From: Diplonema japonicum
Taxonomy: Eukaryota > Protista > Euglenozoa: Diplonemea
Reading direction: 5' to 3'
Assembly (NCBI GenBank): GCA_964019335.1
Contig: OZ025739.1
Location: 186,001 to 250,000, forward strand
Length of the DNA: 64,000 nt
Shown here: positions 46,569-58,085 of the stretch, piece after piece
Position numbering within the stretch: the first letter of the stretch is position 1
How the letters are laid out: each line of letters begins with the position of its first letter
Notes under the pieces: generated by a model
The model's input: the letters and a program-made list of their open reading frames with translations, nothing else
The model's database searches: none
Told to the model about the DNA's origin: nothing
Position numbers and translations under genes: made by a program

Positions 46569-46679
46569 ATATATATATATATATATATTTTTTTTCATAG
46601 AGCCCCGATCATATTTTTTTTTTGTTTTCACAGAGCGTCCGTACACATTTATATTTAAAAAAAAAAAGTAGTAATAATA

Positions 46680-47667
46680 ATGCCGTTCAATGTTGCTGTC
46701 GTCGGTGCTGCTGGTGGGATCGGCCAGCCGCTCTCGCTCCTCATGAAGAACAACCTGATGGTGAAGGACCTCACGCTCTACGATGTTGTGAACACCCCCG
46801 GTGTGGCAGCGGACCTGTCGCACATCTGCACCCCGTCGAAGGTGCAGGGCTTCCTCGGTGACGACATCGGCTCCGCGTTGAAGGGCCGTGACATCGTGAT
46901 CATCCCCGCTGGTGTTCCCCGCAAGCCCGGGATGACCCGTGACGATCTGTTCAACACGAACGCTGGGATCGTGGCGAAGCTGGCCCAGGCCTGCGCTGAG
47001 CACTGCCCCGACGCCTGCTTCCTCATCATCTCCAACCCCGTGAACTCCACGGTCCCCATCTTCGCCGAGGTCTTGAAGAAGGCTGGTGTCTACAACCCCA
47101 AGAAGCTCTTCGGGGTGACCACCCTTGACATCGTGAGGGCGAAGACCTTTATTGCGGAGATGAAGGGTGTTGAGGTTGGAGAGGTGGATGTCCCTGTTGT
47201 GGGTGGGCACAGCGGGGCCACCATCGTGCCCCTCCTCAGCCAGAGCGGGTACACCTTCACCGACGAGGAGGTGAAGACCCTGACCCACAGGATCCAGTTC
47301 GGTGGTGACGAGGTTGTGCAGGCGAAGGCTGGTCTTGGCAGCGCCACGCTGTCTATGGCTTTTGCTGGTATTTTTTTTATTCCCCTTAAATCACCCCACA
47401 GGTGCTGAGTTCGCCACGGCAGTTATGAAGGGTCTTGCTGGCGAGGCTGGTGTCAAAGCGTGTACCTATATTGAGAACAGCAACATTACGGACGCTATCC
47501 CCACTTCTTTCTTTTCCTCTGTCGTGACCTTGGGGAGAGAAGGTGTTGCTGAAGTGCACCCCATGCCTACCGGCATCAACGCTTTTGAGACCGATCTTCT
47601 CAAAACTGGTATCGAGCAGCTCACAACGAACATCCAAAAAGCTCACGAATTTGTTGAGAAAATGTGA
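46680..47667 (+). CDS. MDH: Malate dehydrogenase (MDH2-type, no mitochondrial presequence); intron 47368-47401
   Basis: [63 protein letters not shown]. Confidence 0.95.
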
Positions 47668-49173
47668 TTTTTCTATCTTTTTAAAAAAAAAAAAAAACTT
47701 TTGAAATCAACCGGCAAAACCAGTTGGCTGATGGGGCTGGGGGGGGAAACAAAAGGATTTTTTTTCTTTTTTTTTTACTACAATATTTTTTTTTGATTCT
47801 CATTTCCCACTTTCAACAAAGGGAGGGGTATTTTTTTTTCCCCTTGGGGGGGCGGGGGGGGGAACTCTTTTTTTTCTTGTTTGTTCCTTTTAACGCTTAT
47901 ATATAAAGTAAGGATGGCATGAAAGAAAAGAAAAGAAAAAAGAAATAGGTATAGAATTATTGGGGGGGGGGGGGGGGAAGAAGTAGAGGAATTTCTAAGT
48001 AGGGGCCAAATTTGTCACGAATTGCCAGGTGATGCTATTTAGAAATTCACCCAAAATGACAAATGGAAAAGGATTGGAGGGGAAAGGTGTGGGGGTGAAG
48101 AAAAAAAAATGACACCACCCTTACTAAGAACGGCTTTACCTCCTTTCTTTGGTAAGGGTCTTTCTAGGATTTTTTTTTTCTTCCCCCATTTTTTTTTTCT
48201 CCCCTTTGCTGCAGGTGTGCCGCGACAAAAAAAAGGAGGGGGTAAAAAAAAAAAAAAAAATGTGAAGCAAAAAAAAAAAAAAAGAAGAAAAAACCAATAG
48301 TTCTTTTGCCTCGAGAGTGCCACTGGATGCGTTCTTGAAAAAAAAAAAAAAAAAAAAAAAAGGAATGAAGAAACATTTAAAAAATATGAAAATAAGAAAG
48401 AGAGATGAGAGGGATGCCTATCTCTATTGCGTTCCTTTTTTCACCTCCCTTCTATTTTCCATTTTTCTCAAAAGTATTTTTTTTTTAAAAAAAGAAGGAG
48501 GAACATAAAAACGCTTTTCTTTTATGCGCCCCGCCGTTTTTTTCTGCTTTTTCTTTTTTTTTTAAACCTGCTTTTTTGTGTGTGGAGCACCAGCTGCAAG
48601 GGGAGAGGGGGGCGAAGCTTTTGACTTTTTCACGAAAAGCACACTGTTAGTAAGTGTTCTTTATACAGATGCTTACAGTAGAAATTTTCAGGAAGGGGGT
48701 AAAAAAAGAGAAGGTTTCGGTTTTGTATAGTCCTGTTCTTTTTTTTTTTCATAAAAATTTTTCTTACGGTCTCCCTCCCCCCCCCCTTTTTTTATTTCCT
48801 CTCAAGAACAAGTGCTGTTCTTCATATTTCATTTGACATCCTCTCTTTCTTTCTTTCTCTCTTCTCGCTAACCCTCCCCCCCCCCCCCCCCCCCCGTCCT
48901 GACCTCAATCGTCAGGTGCGGTGTTTTTTTTTTTTTTGATCCTCTCCCCCTCCCCTTATACCGTCCTTGTGTTTTGCACGTCCCTTTTTTTTTTTTTTTT
49001 TCTTTGGACCTTTTCTGAAGTGCGTGTCAAAAAAAATTTTTTTTGAGGGGAAGAAGAAGAGAAAAAGAAAAAAAAAAAAAAAAAGCAATAGTGTTGTCAA
49101 GTATTTTTTTTTTTGATCATTTCTCCCCTGCCTTTTTTTTGCGAGAAAGGGGACAAGTCTTTGACTTGTCTAT

Positions 49174-49204
<31 letters not shown>

Positions 49205-49614
49205 ACACACAGCAAAAAAAAAAACGTGTTTCAGTCCAACGACGAACACAGGTAATCGAGTCAAAAAACAGCTCCTCCTCCCCCCCCATTTTTTTTTCTC
49301 CTTTCCCAGTCCTTTCCCTTTAAAACAAAGGAAATAAAAAAAAAGAAGGGTAAGCGATAAGAAAAAAAAACAAGAAAAGGATCCCCCCCCCCCCCATCTC
49401 TCTGGTTATATCTTTAGTTCAATTCTTTTTTTTTTCTTTCTTTTTAGTTTCAAGAAGAAATCAGAGACAGAATTTTTTTTTTCCCCTTCCCTTTTTTTTT
49501 TTTTTATTATTATTATTATTTCACCACTTTCGTCTGTTTTTATCTATGCTAACCTTTAAAAAAAAAAAAGAAGGGGGAGGGGAGGGGGAGGTGTGAATAC
49601 ACACAAAAAAAAAA

Positions 49615-50205
49615 ATGGACCTCTCTCTTTATTCTTTAGAAACCAATGAAAACCCCTTAAGATCGAAACTCTTAGAACATAGTGACGATGAGGAATCCTC
49701 GACATTCGCTCTCCTGAGGGAAGCCATGTGTGATAATAACATTGAAGTGTTGTTGGAAACATTGCATTCTGGAGGAGATGTCAATGAGAGGGATGAGGCA
49801 GGGCGGGCACTGCTGCACTGTATCAAATTCGACACTATGCCGGCAACGGTGCTGGCGCTGGGCCGGAACGCCGATGTGTTCATGACAGATAACTTGGGGT
49901 GCTGCCCTCTTCATATTGCGGCAACGAATTGTTCCCCCAGTAATTCTCTTATCATAAATTATTTCCTTGAGCGTGGCGTGCCTGTTGACGCACGAGACCT
50001 GCAGGGCAACACACCCCTTCATTATGCAGCTTCTGCTTCTAACCAATTCACAATGAAAATTCTGATCGAGTGCGGTGCCAATGTCAGTGCGATCAACAAC
50101 CAGCGCCAGACACCGCTAGATGCCTACTATGAGAAGAAGAAACAAAACGGGAAGGTTTTCAAAATTAGAATATTTAAAGGAAAACGTTTAAGGCACGGGG
50201 TTTGA
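49615..50205 (+). CDS. Ankyrin-repeat protein
   Basis: GRALLH, GCCPLHIAA, GNTPLHYAA, QTPLD. Confidence 0.88.
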   Translation: MDLSLYSLETNENPLRSKLLEHSDDEESSTFALLREAMCDNNIEVLLETLHSGGDVNERDEAGRALLHCIKFDTMPATVLALGRNADVFMTDNLGCCPLHIAATNCSPSNSLIINYFLERGVPVDARDLQGNTPLHYAASASNQFTMKILIECGANVSAINNQRQTPLDAYYEKKKQNGKVFKIRIFKGKRLRHGV

Positions 50206-50970
50206 AAAAAAAAAAAAAAAAAAAAAAAAAAGACCCCCCGTTGTATGTACCATTATCAGAAGGAAAAAAAAATTTTTTTTTCTCTCTCTCCATCCCTTCC
50301 CCCCCCCCCAATCTTCCCTTTTTTTTATATATATATATATTCCCATTAATTTTTTTTTGTGAGAAAAAAAAATTGGAGAAGAGGGGGGGAAAAAAAAAGG
50401 GGAGAAGAAACAAAAAAAATAAGAGAAAAATAAAGAATAGGGAGGGGGGAATGTCTAAAAAAAAAATCATTGCTGATGCATTTCTTTCTTTTTTTATTTT
50501 AGTGGGGGGGGGAGGGAGGAGACGTTAAAAAAAAAAATCCTTTTTCCACGTAATAATATCCTCTTCTCCACTTCACCTCCCCTCCCCGTGGTACGGAACC
50601 AAAACTGAGAGCTACCTAGTACCCTTCTTCTAGCGGCCTGCGGCTCTCATAAATCCCCTCCCCTCGCTTCCTGTTCTCCCACCCAAAAAAAAAAGAAAAA
50701 AATCAACAATTTCTCTTATGTATCTCATACATGGCGGGGGTCTGCACCTCGCAAAATGTATTTTAGGAATTCTGATTGGGAGGGGGGGGAGAAGGGGAAA
50801 AAAAAAAAAAAGAAAGGTGTAACTAACAAGTTAGCAGTTTTCTCTTTTTTTTAATTATATGTTCCATGATTCAGAAAATCCCCTATCTTTATCTTCACTT
50901 CAGAATTAAACGGGCACCCTTTTTTCAGAAAATCTATGTAATGGTTTTGTCTACTTCAGTATTTGGTTTT

Positions 50971-51003
<33 letters not shown>

Positions 51004-51208
51004 CTTCGCTTATATCCAAAGGGGTGATGAGGGGGTATTTTTCACTTCGACTCCCCTTGCTCTTCCAACATTATTTATTTCATATTTCTAAACCAGTCAG
51101 GCTCCCCCAATAATTTAGAATGGTTGATCTTTGTCAAAAATCGATCTAGTAGCTTACCACTCTGAACCCTTCTTGACGTTCTTTAGAGATGTGCAACGAT
51201 GTCCCTCT

Positions 51209-51285
51209 TATTTATTTTATTTTATTTTATTTTATTTTATTTTATTTTATTTTATTTTATTTTATTTTATTTTATTTTATTATTT
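51209..51285. repeat. (ATTTT)n microsatellite
   Basis: About 14 tandem pentamers. Confidence 0.9.
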
Positions 51286-51683
51286 ATTTCTTTGCGATCC
51301 AAGCCACCGTTTTCATTACACCTTTTGCCTCAGGCAACCATTATCTTTTATTCTTCTTCCCCCTCCCCCAACAAAAGCTCTTTTTTCATATCTTTTCGCA
51401 AAAAAAGTTCTTGAAGAAAAATCATTCATTTTATTACCTTATGCAATTTTGTGCCGAGCAAAAAACAAAAAAAAGGGGGGGGATAAAAAAGTTACTTCTC
51501 CTTTTATAAATTTGCAAACAACGAAAAGACATTAAAAAGTCATACCACGTTTGATCTCTAAAAATTAAAAAAAAAAAGTTTTCTTGTTAACAATTTTGTT
51601 GTCGAGACTAAAAACTAGTAAAAAAAAAGAAAAAAAAAACTATTTTTTATTATTATGCGCACAAACAAATGAAGCGCCAAACT

Positions 51684-51732
<49 letters not shown>

Positions 51733-52073
51733 GGAATCTGAATGACATCAGCACCCTGTCAATAGTACCTTGTCGGCCTCAAGCTCTCACACCGGAAGTT
51801 TGATAGTGACGGCGAAGAAATAAGAGGCAAAATAAAAAAAGAAGAAAAAAGAGGGGGAGGGGGGAGAACGAAGAAAGGTTTTTTTTCTTTTGTTCTTCTC
51901 ACCCGCAATTTTTCAGTTCGGTTACTCTTTCTGTTAACACGGCACTTTCTTGTTGTTCACTTACATAGCACCTTCACTTTCTTGCTCCATTCCAACTACG
52001 CACGTAAAAAGAAATTTAAAAAAAATAATTAAAATAAAGCCTGCTCCCCTTTAAATCAAAAACACATATTAAA

Positions 52074-53098
52074 ATGATGTCCCGTACTGCCCGTCGTGCC
52101 TTCTCCAGCACCGCTGCCCTGAACCACAAGGTGGCTGTTCTGGGTGCTGCTGGTGGGATCGGCCAGCCGCTCTCGCTCCTCATGAAGAACTCGACCCTGA
52201 CCACCGACCTCACCCTCTACGACATTGTGAACACCCCCGGTGTGGCAGCGGACCTGTCGCACATCTGCACCCCGTCGAAGGTGCAGGGCTTCCTCGGTGA
52301 CGACATCGGCTCCGCGTTGAAGGGCCGTGACATCGTGATCATCCCCGCTGGTGTTCCCCGCAAGCCCGGGATGACCCGTGACGATCTGTTCAACACGAAC
52401 GCTGGGATCGTGGCGAAGCTGGCCCAGGCCTGCGCTGAGCACTGCCCCGACGCCTGCTTCCTCATCATCTCCAACCCCGTGAACTCCACGGTCCCCATCT
52501 TCGCCGAGGTCTTGAAGAAGGCTGGTGTCTACAACCCCAAGAAGCTCTTCGGGGTGACCACCCTTGACATCGTGAGGGCGAAGACCTTCATCGGTGAGAT
52601 GAAGAACGAGAAGGAGGTGAGCATCCCTGTTGTGGGTGGGCACAGCGGGGCCACCATCGTGCCCCTCCTCAGCCAGAGCGGTCACACCTTCACCCCTGAG
52701 GAGGTGAAGACCCTGACCCACAGGATCCAGTTCGGTGGTGACGAGGTTGTGCAGGCGAAGGCTGGTCTTGGCAGCGCCACCCTCTCCATGGCCTACGCTG
52801 GTATGGGAGTACAGTTGAGAATAAAAATAACATTAAAATAACAGGTGCCCAGTTCGCGTTCAGTCTGATGGAGGCGATGAACGGGAAGGAGAACGTTGTG
52901 GAGTGCACCTTCGTGGAGTCGAACGTGGAGTCGACCCCCTACTTCTCGTCGCCCGTCCTCCTCGGGAAGAACGGTGTTGAGGAGATCAGGCCTGTGCCCG
53001 CCACCAACGACCACGAGAAGGAGCTCATGAAGGCCTGCATCACTGACCTCGAGAAGAACATCGAGAAGGGCATTGACTTCGCCGCCAAGCTGGCGTGA
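52074..53098 (+). CDS. MDH: Mitochondrial malate dehydrogenase, copy A; intron 52801-52844
   Basis: Arg/Ser-rich presequence [16 protein letters not shown] and the full set of MDH motifs. Confidence 0.95.
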
Positions 53099-53543
53099 AC
53101 TGCTTCTTAATGATAAATATTATGTGTTAGGTGTAAAGTGCCTCGTCGTGAAGGCTCTTTATGGCCAGTAGGTGTTGAACCGCCAGGTGTTATTAGTGCA
53201 ACCTTCTTTTTTTTTTTTATGGGGATTTTTTATTCGGGTTATCTTTTTTTTTTTTTCGTTCTTTTTTCTTTTCTCCACCCTCTTCATTTTTTTTTAACCG
53301 CCCATTCCCTCCAGGAGGGGGGGTTCTTTTATTTCCCCCCCAATTTTTTTTTTTTTCCTGTATCAGCAAAAAAAAATTATTGAAAAAAAAAAACTTTTTT
53401 TTTTTTGGTTGTAAATGCTTTTTTCCTTACCCCTTGAAACAAACAAAAAAAAAATACAAATCTCACAAGTGGAGAGGAGGGAGGGGTGAGGGTAGGGGGG
53501 GGGAGGGAATTAAAAAAAAAATTCCTTTTTCAAAGAAAAAAAG

Positions 53544-54698
53544 ATGAATTTCGGGACGCCAACGAGTGAAAACGAAAACCCGACCCCTCCAGGGGTCTAT
53601 GGAACCCCGATGAGCGGCTACTCGTTCGCAGTGAAGAAAACAGGCGAAAAAATAACCCCGGTGTGGATGCCCGACGTAACCCCACCGATGACAAGGCAGA
53701 ACTGCAGCCTACCAAGGAGAAGTATGTCAGTAACACGAAGATTCGAGGAAGAAGAGATCATACCCTACGAGGTAATCCCAAGGATCGAGTACAGGAAACA
53801 ACAACACCACTCCAAACGACTGTTCAAACGCTTCTTAACAACCGTGAAAATAATAATTTTTTCGTTGGTACTAATGCTCGGGCTTGCAGGGTACATAGTG
53901 GCTTCGACATCAGGTGCACTACGCATGCCCTGCTCACTCGTGTCAGGGGAGTTTGAGAAAATAGAACTCGGCGAAGAAATGAAAAAATACAATGTTGGCG
54001 CGTGCAATTTCCGGACGGACATGGAGACCATCGAACGCACAGCTGTCACCTACCTAGCATCGGAGTATATTCTCAACAATGTTCATGGGATGGAGAAAAG
54101 CGCTTTAGAAGACAAATTAGACTCCATTCTCTACGCAGTACTGCCTTCCCCCCTAACGGTCCCTCGCCATAAATTTTGGCTCGTTTTCGAGGAGTCTCTT
54201 GAACAGTCGAATTACATAAAGGTTCCAGGGACAGGTTCGTCCGTAGGGTTGAATCCACCACCGTCGTTGTTCTCGTCATGCGTTTTGTGGTATAGCCGCG
54301 AAACACGGTCACAGCTTGTCTTAAACCTTGTCGTAACAGGGGTGAATTTTGTGTTGTGGAAGTTGTGGCCGCCGATTCTTGCTTTTGTGTGTTTTTACCA
54401 GGTTCTTCGTGTGCGGGAAGGGAGGAGACGTGATGTGTCCGCGATTCTTCAATGTGTTTACGGTGAGCTGCGGCCTTTTGGTTCACGAGGGACGTCCGCT
54501 CTTAATCTTCGGAGGCTTGTTCAAACCGCGCTTCAACCATCCCTCTCGTCCACCCGCATCTCCCAGTTGTGGCCAAGCCCGGGCTTCCCCGAGGGTCCGG
54601 TCGAGCTTGCTCTCCTGGAAGACGAAGACGGTATTGAATATCGCAAAAACGCTTTAGGCGATGTTGTCATTGCCCTTTCTGGGTTCCGTGCTATGTAG
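53544..54698 (+). CDS. Hypothetical membrane protein with two hydrophobic regions (MAN1/Src1-like topology possible)
   Basis: 384-aa ORF; S/T-P-rich N-terminus; TM IIIFSLVLMLGLAGYIVA and a second hydrophobic block LVLNLVV...ILAFVCFY. Confidence 0.7.
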   Translation: MNFGTPTSENENPTPPGVYGTPMSGYSFAVKKTGEKITPVWMPDVTPPMTRQNCSLPRRSMSVTRRFEEEEIIPYEVIPRIEYRKQQHHSKRLFKRFLTTVKIIIFSLVLMLGLAGYIVASTSGALRMPCSLVSGEFEKIELGEEMKKYNVGACNFRTDMETIERTAVTYLASEYILNNVHGMEKSALEDKLDSILYAVLPSPLTVPRHKFWLVFEESLEQSNYIKVPGTGSSVGLNPPPSLFSSCVLWYSRETRSQLVLNLVVTGVNFVLWKLWPPILAFVCFYQVLRVREGRRRDVSAILQCVYGELRPFGSRGTSALNLRRLVQTALQPSLSSTRISQLWPSPGFPEGPVELALLEDEDGIEYRKNALGDVVIALSGFRAM

Positions 54699-54760
54699 AA
54701 AAGAGGGGGGGGAAACCGTCTAAAAAAAAATATGGTGTAGATCAAAAAAAAAAAAAAATA

Positions 54761-56400
54761 CTGTAAAACGAAAAACTCCCGGACGGAAAAATGTCCGAGT
54801 TTTTTTGGCGTCCGGGAATTTTTCCGTCCGGGAGTTTTTCCGTCCGGGAATTTTTTTTAGGTAAGGCCGTCAGGGGGCCTGGTACCTACATACTGGCCTG
54901 GGCTGCAAACGGCAACCGCGCGAAGAAACCCCCAGGGTTCCCTTTCTGCATCTTTGTCCTCCCTTGCTGCCCCTGAGGCAATCAGCTTGTCGAGCCTTCG
55001 TGTGGCCTACTACCTTTCTTAATAGATGCTTTACAGCTGCGTTCAACCCAATATCCATCGGTTGAACCATGTAGGTGAGCCCAGGGGGACAAAAGCAATG
55101 TGCACGTTTGCGCCTGCGAACCACTCTACGAACCCATAGGCATAGGTCGTATGAGAGTTGTCCGACAAGCAGCAGAATCGGCCCGTTCGGCAAAACCATG
55201 GGAATCGATGATTTATAGCAAAAAGGAAGAAACAGCTCCGTAACCCAGATACCGAGTATCATAATTAGCCCAATGATTGGGCGATGCCGTTAGGCTCCAT
55301 TCGGTGGGCGGGTGCTTGACCGGGGCATCACCGGATAATCCCTGCCGGTTGCGTTTCCGCTTTGCCTTTGTATTTAACCATCCAGCCAAGGAAACAGCCA
55401 GCTGTTCGGTTATAGCCCGTTTTGTCCCCCAAGCCACGGACTTTTACGACCTTAGCACCCCTTTTTGTTTTGGTTTTTAACCCCGTATTCCAGACCAATT
55501 CCGGCCTTACTTTATGGGTGTCGATTATGGACCTGAATTCCATGGTGAAACAGCGTGCCTTCTCGTTGTCCTTCTCGTTTCCGGGCTTTCCGGAGGTGGC
55601 TTGCGGCTTTTGTCTTTCTTGCTGCAAAATTTTGTCAGCCTAGCCAGTGGAAAAGGACAGTGTCCCACCAAAGTCTACCAGGTCTGTCTTTCGGGCTGGA
55701 TTGGCGCACAGCAGCCCTTCTGCATAGGTGCATATTTGTTGTGCTGGGATAGGCTCACCAAGCCCGTTTACCTATCGACTCAAGCAAAAATCTTTCAGCC
55801 CCCGAAGGATGCTAAATCCCGTATTGGGCGATACGCTGCTATCACGGCGTCGCGGCGGCCAGGGTGTGGTAGGGTGGAATAGCAACGTCCAGTATTTCCG
55901 TCTGGAAGAAACCGGGGGCTCTGTTGAACCTGTTGCTGCCGTCTTCTGACCGAGGCAGAGGCCGCCAAGCTGCTTTCGGGGGTTTGTACTGGCCCGGTGT
56001 AAGGAGTTTATCTCCTCCACCTCTCGGGGGTGAGCTGGCCGGGGGTGTCAGCACCAAAGTTGGGCCCCTCACAAGCCAGCTGCTCAACGTGCCTTGGGTA
56101 GTCGAACTGGTCAATCTGACGAAAGAAGTACGGGTTTATGAGAAGTTAAAGATCCCGTGGGTGCTGTTTGTTGGTGCATTGAAAGGGGAAGAAAAATTCA
56201 AACTGCCACGCAGGGTGACATTTTGGCTCTGCACAAGGAATAAAGCCCTTCCAGGCAAACGTGGTGGGAGCTGCTACCCCCCTGAAGTAAAAAAACTTCT
56301 CCCCAGAAAAACTCCCGGACGGAAAAATGTCCGGGTTTTTTTGGTGTCCGGGAGTTTTTCTGTCCGAGAATTTTTCCGTCCGACATTATTCGTTTTACAG
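54761..56400 (-). mobile_element. Degenerate pogo/Tigger-like (Tc1/mariner superfamily) DNA transposon
   Basis: TIRs CTGTAAAACGAA / TTCGTTTTACAG with TA on both sides, and subterminal CCGGACGGAAAA repeats. Minus-strand fragment CPPGLTYMVQPMDIGLNAAVK matches the pogo DDE_1 QPxD motif. Confidence 0.9.
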
Positions 56401-56667
56401 TAAAGAAAAAAAAAATACAGTGTTTCTTTTAAAAAAAAAAAAAAAATAAAGAAGGAAAAAAAAAAAGTTGCTAGAATTATTATTTTTTTTTAAAAGTTAT
56501 TTATTGATTTTGTTTTTCTTTTTGTGGTCGGGAACACTCTCCAAACCTGCTGGGACGCTAGTAAGAGCCGTTGAAGGGTGCGTACCTGGAGGAGTCGCGA
56601 GATTTGACCGAAACTGAGAGGCTACCTAGTACGGAGTTTGCATGTCACTTTCTTGTTCCATACCTAC

Positions 56668-56702
<35 letters not shown>

Positions 56703-56751
56703 ATAAAAAAAAAAAAGCCTGCTCCCCTTTAAATCAAAAACACATATTAAA

Positions 56752-57776
56752 ATGATGTCCCGTACTGCCCGTCGTGCCTTCTCCAGCACCGCTGCCCTGA
56801 ACCACAAGGTGGCTGTTCTGGGTGCTGCTGGTGGGATCGGCCAGCCGCTCTCGCTCCTCATGAAGAACTCGACCCTGACCACCGACCTCACCCTCTACGA
56901 CATTGTGAACACCCCCGGTGTGGCAGCGGACCTGTCGCACATCTGCACCCCGTCGAAGGTGCAGGGCTTCCTCGGTGACGACATCGGCTCCGCGTTGAAG
57001 GGCCGTGACATCGTGATCATCCCCGCTGGTGTTCCCCGCAAGCCCGGGATGACCCGTGACGATCTGTTCAACACGAACGCTGGGATCGTGGCGAAGCTGG
57101 CCCAGGCCTGCGCTGAGCACTGCCCCGACGCCTGCTTCCTCATCATCTCCAACCCCGTGAACTCCACGGTCCCCATCTTCGCCGAGGTCTTGAAGAAGGC
57201 TGGTGTCTACAACCCCAAGAAGCTCTTCGGGGTGACCACCCTTGACATCGTGAGGGCGAAGACCTTCATCGGTGAGATGAAGAACGAGAAGGAGGTGAGC
57301 ATCCCTGTTGTGGGTGGGCACAGCGGGGCCACCATCGTGCCCCTCCTCAGCCAGAGCGGTCACACCTTCACCCCTGAGGAGGTGAAGACCCTGACCCACA
57401 GGATCCAGTTCGGTGGTGACGAGGTTGTGCAGGCGAAGGCTGGTCTTGGCAGCGCCACCCTCTCCATGGCCTACGCTGGTATGGGAGTACAGTTGAGAAT
57501 AAAAATAACATTAAAATAACAGGTGCCCAGTTCGCGTTCAGTCTGATGGAGGCGATGAACGGGAAGGAGAACGTTGTGGAGTGCACCTTCGTGGAGTCGA
57601 ACGTGGAGTCGACCCCCTACTTCTCGTCGCCCGTCCTCCTCGGGAAGAACGGTGTTGAGGAGATCAGGCCTGTGCCCGCCACCAACGACCACGAGAAGGA
57701 GCTCATGAAGGCCTGCATCACTGACCTCGAGAAGAACATCGAGAAGGGCATTGACTTCGCCGCCAAGCTGGCGTGA
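56752..57776 (+). CDS. MDH: Mitochondrial malate dehydrogenase, copy B; intron 57479-57522
   Basis: Apparently identical to 52074-53098 including the intron (offset 4678). Confidence 0.95.
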
Positions 57777-58085
57777 ACCTGCCACCCGGTCTTTGCGACC
57801 CCCCCGTCCTCTTGTTGGAGGTAATTTTCCCTGGGTATTTTTTTTTTCTTATAGTGCGTTTCGCTTTCTTTTTAACCCCCCCACCCCCCTTTTTTATCCC
57901 ACATGTTCCGCAGGTGTTTTGTGTATTTTTATACCTCTACCCCCTTTTTTTTTTGTTCTTTGCTTGCATAGCACACCGCATGTCAAGTAGGACTTTTTCA
58001 TCGATCTTGTTTATACATTTATTTATCAACCGCCGAAAAAAAAAAAGAAAAAAAAAATGAAAAGAACCATAGGGTAAAACCAAAC

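Noticed and set aside
53085-53098. Cryptic PTS1 (AKL) at the end of mitochondrial MDH
   Set aside because: The protein ends AKLA, so the tripeptide is not terminal, and no readthrough or alternative splice producing it was seen.
46485-57399. Antisense ORFs of 221-267 aa opposite the MDH genes
   Set aside because: Typical antisense shadows of GC3-rich, highly expressed genes.
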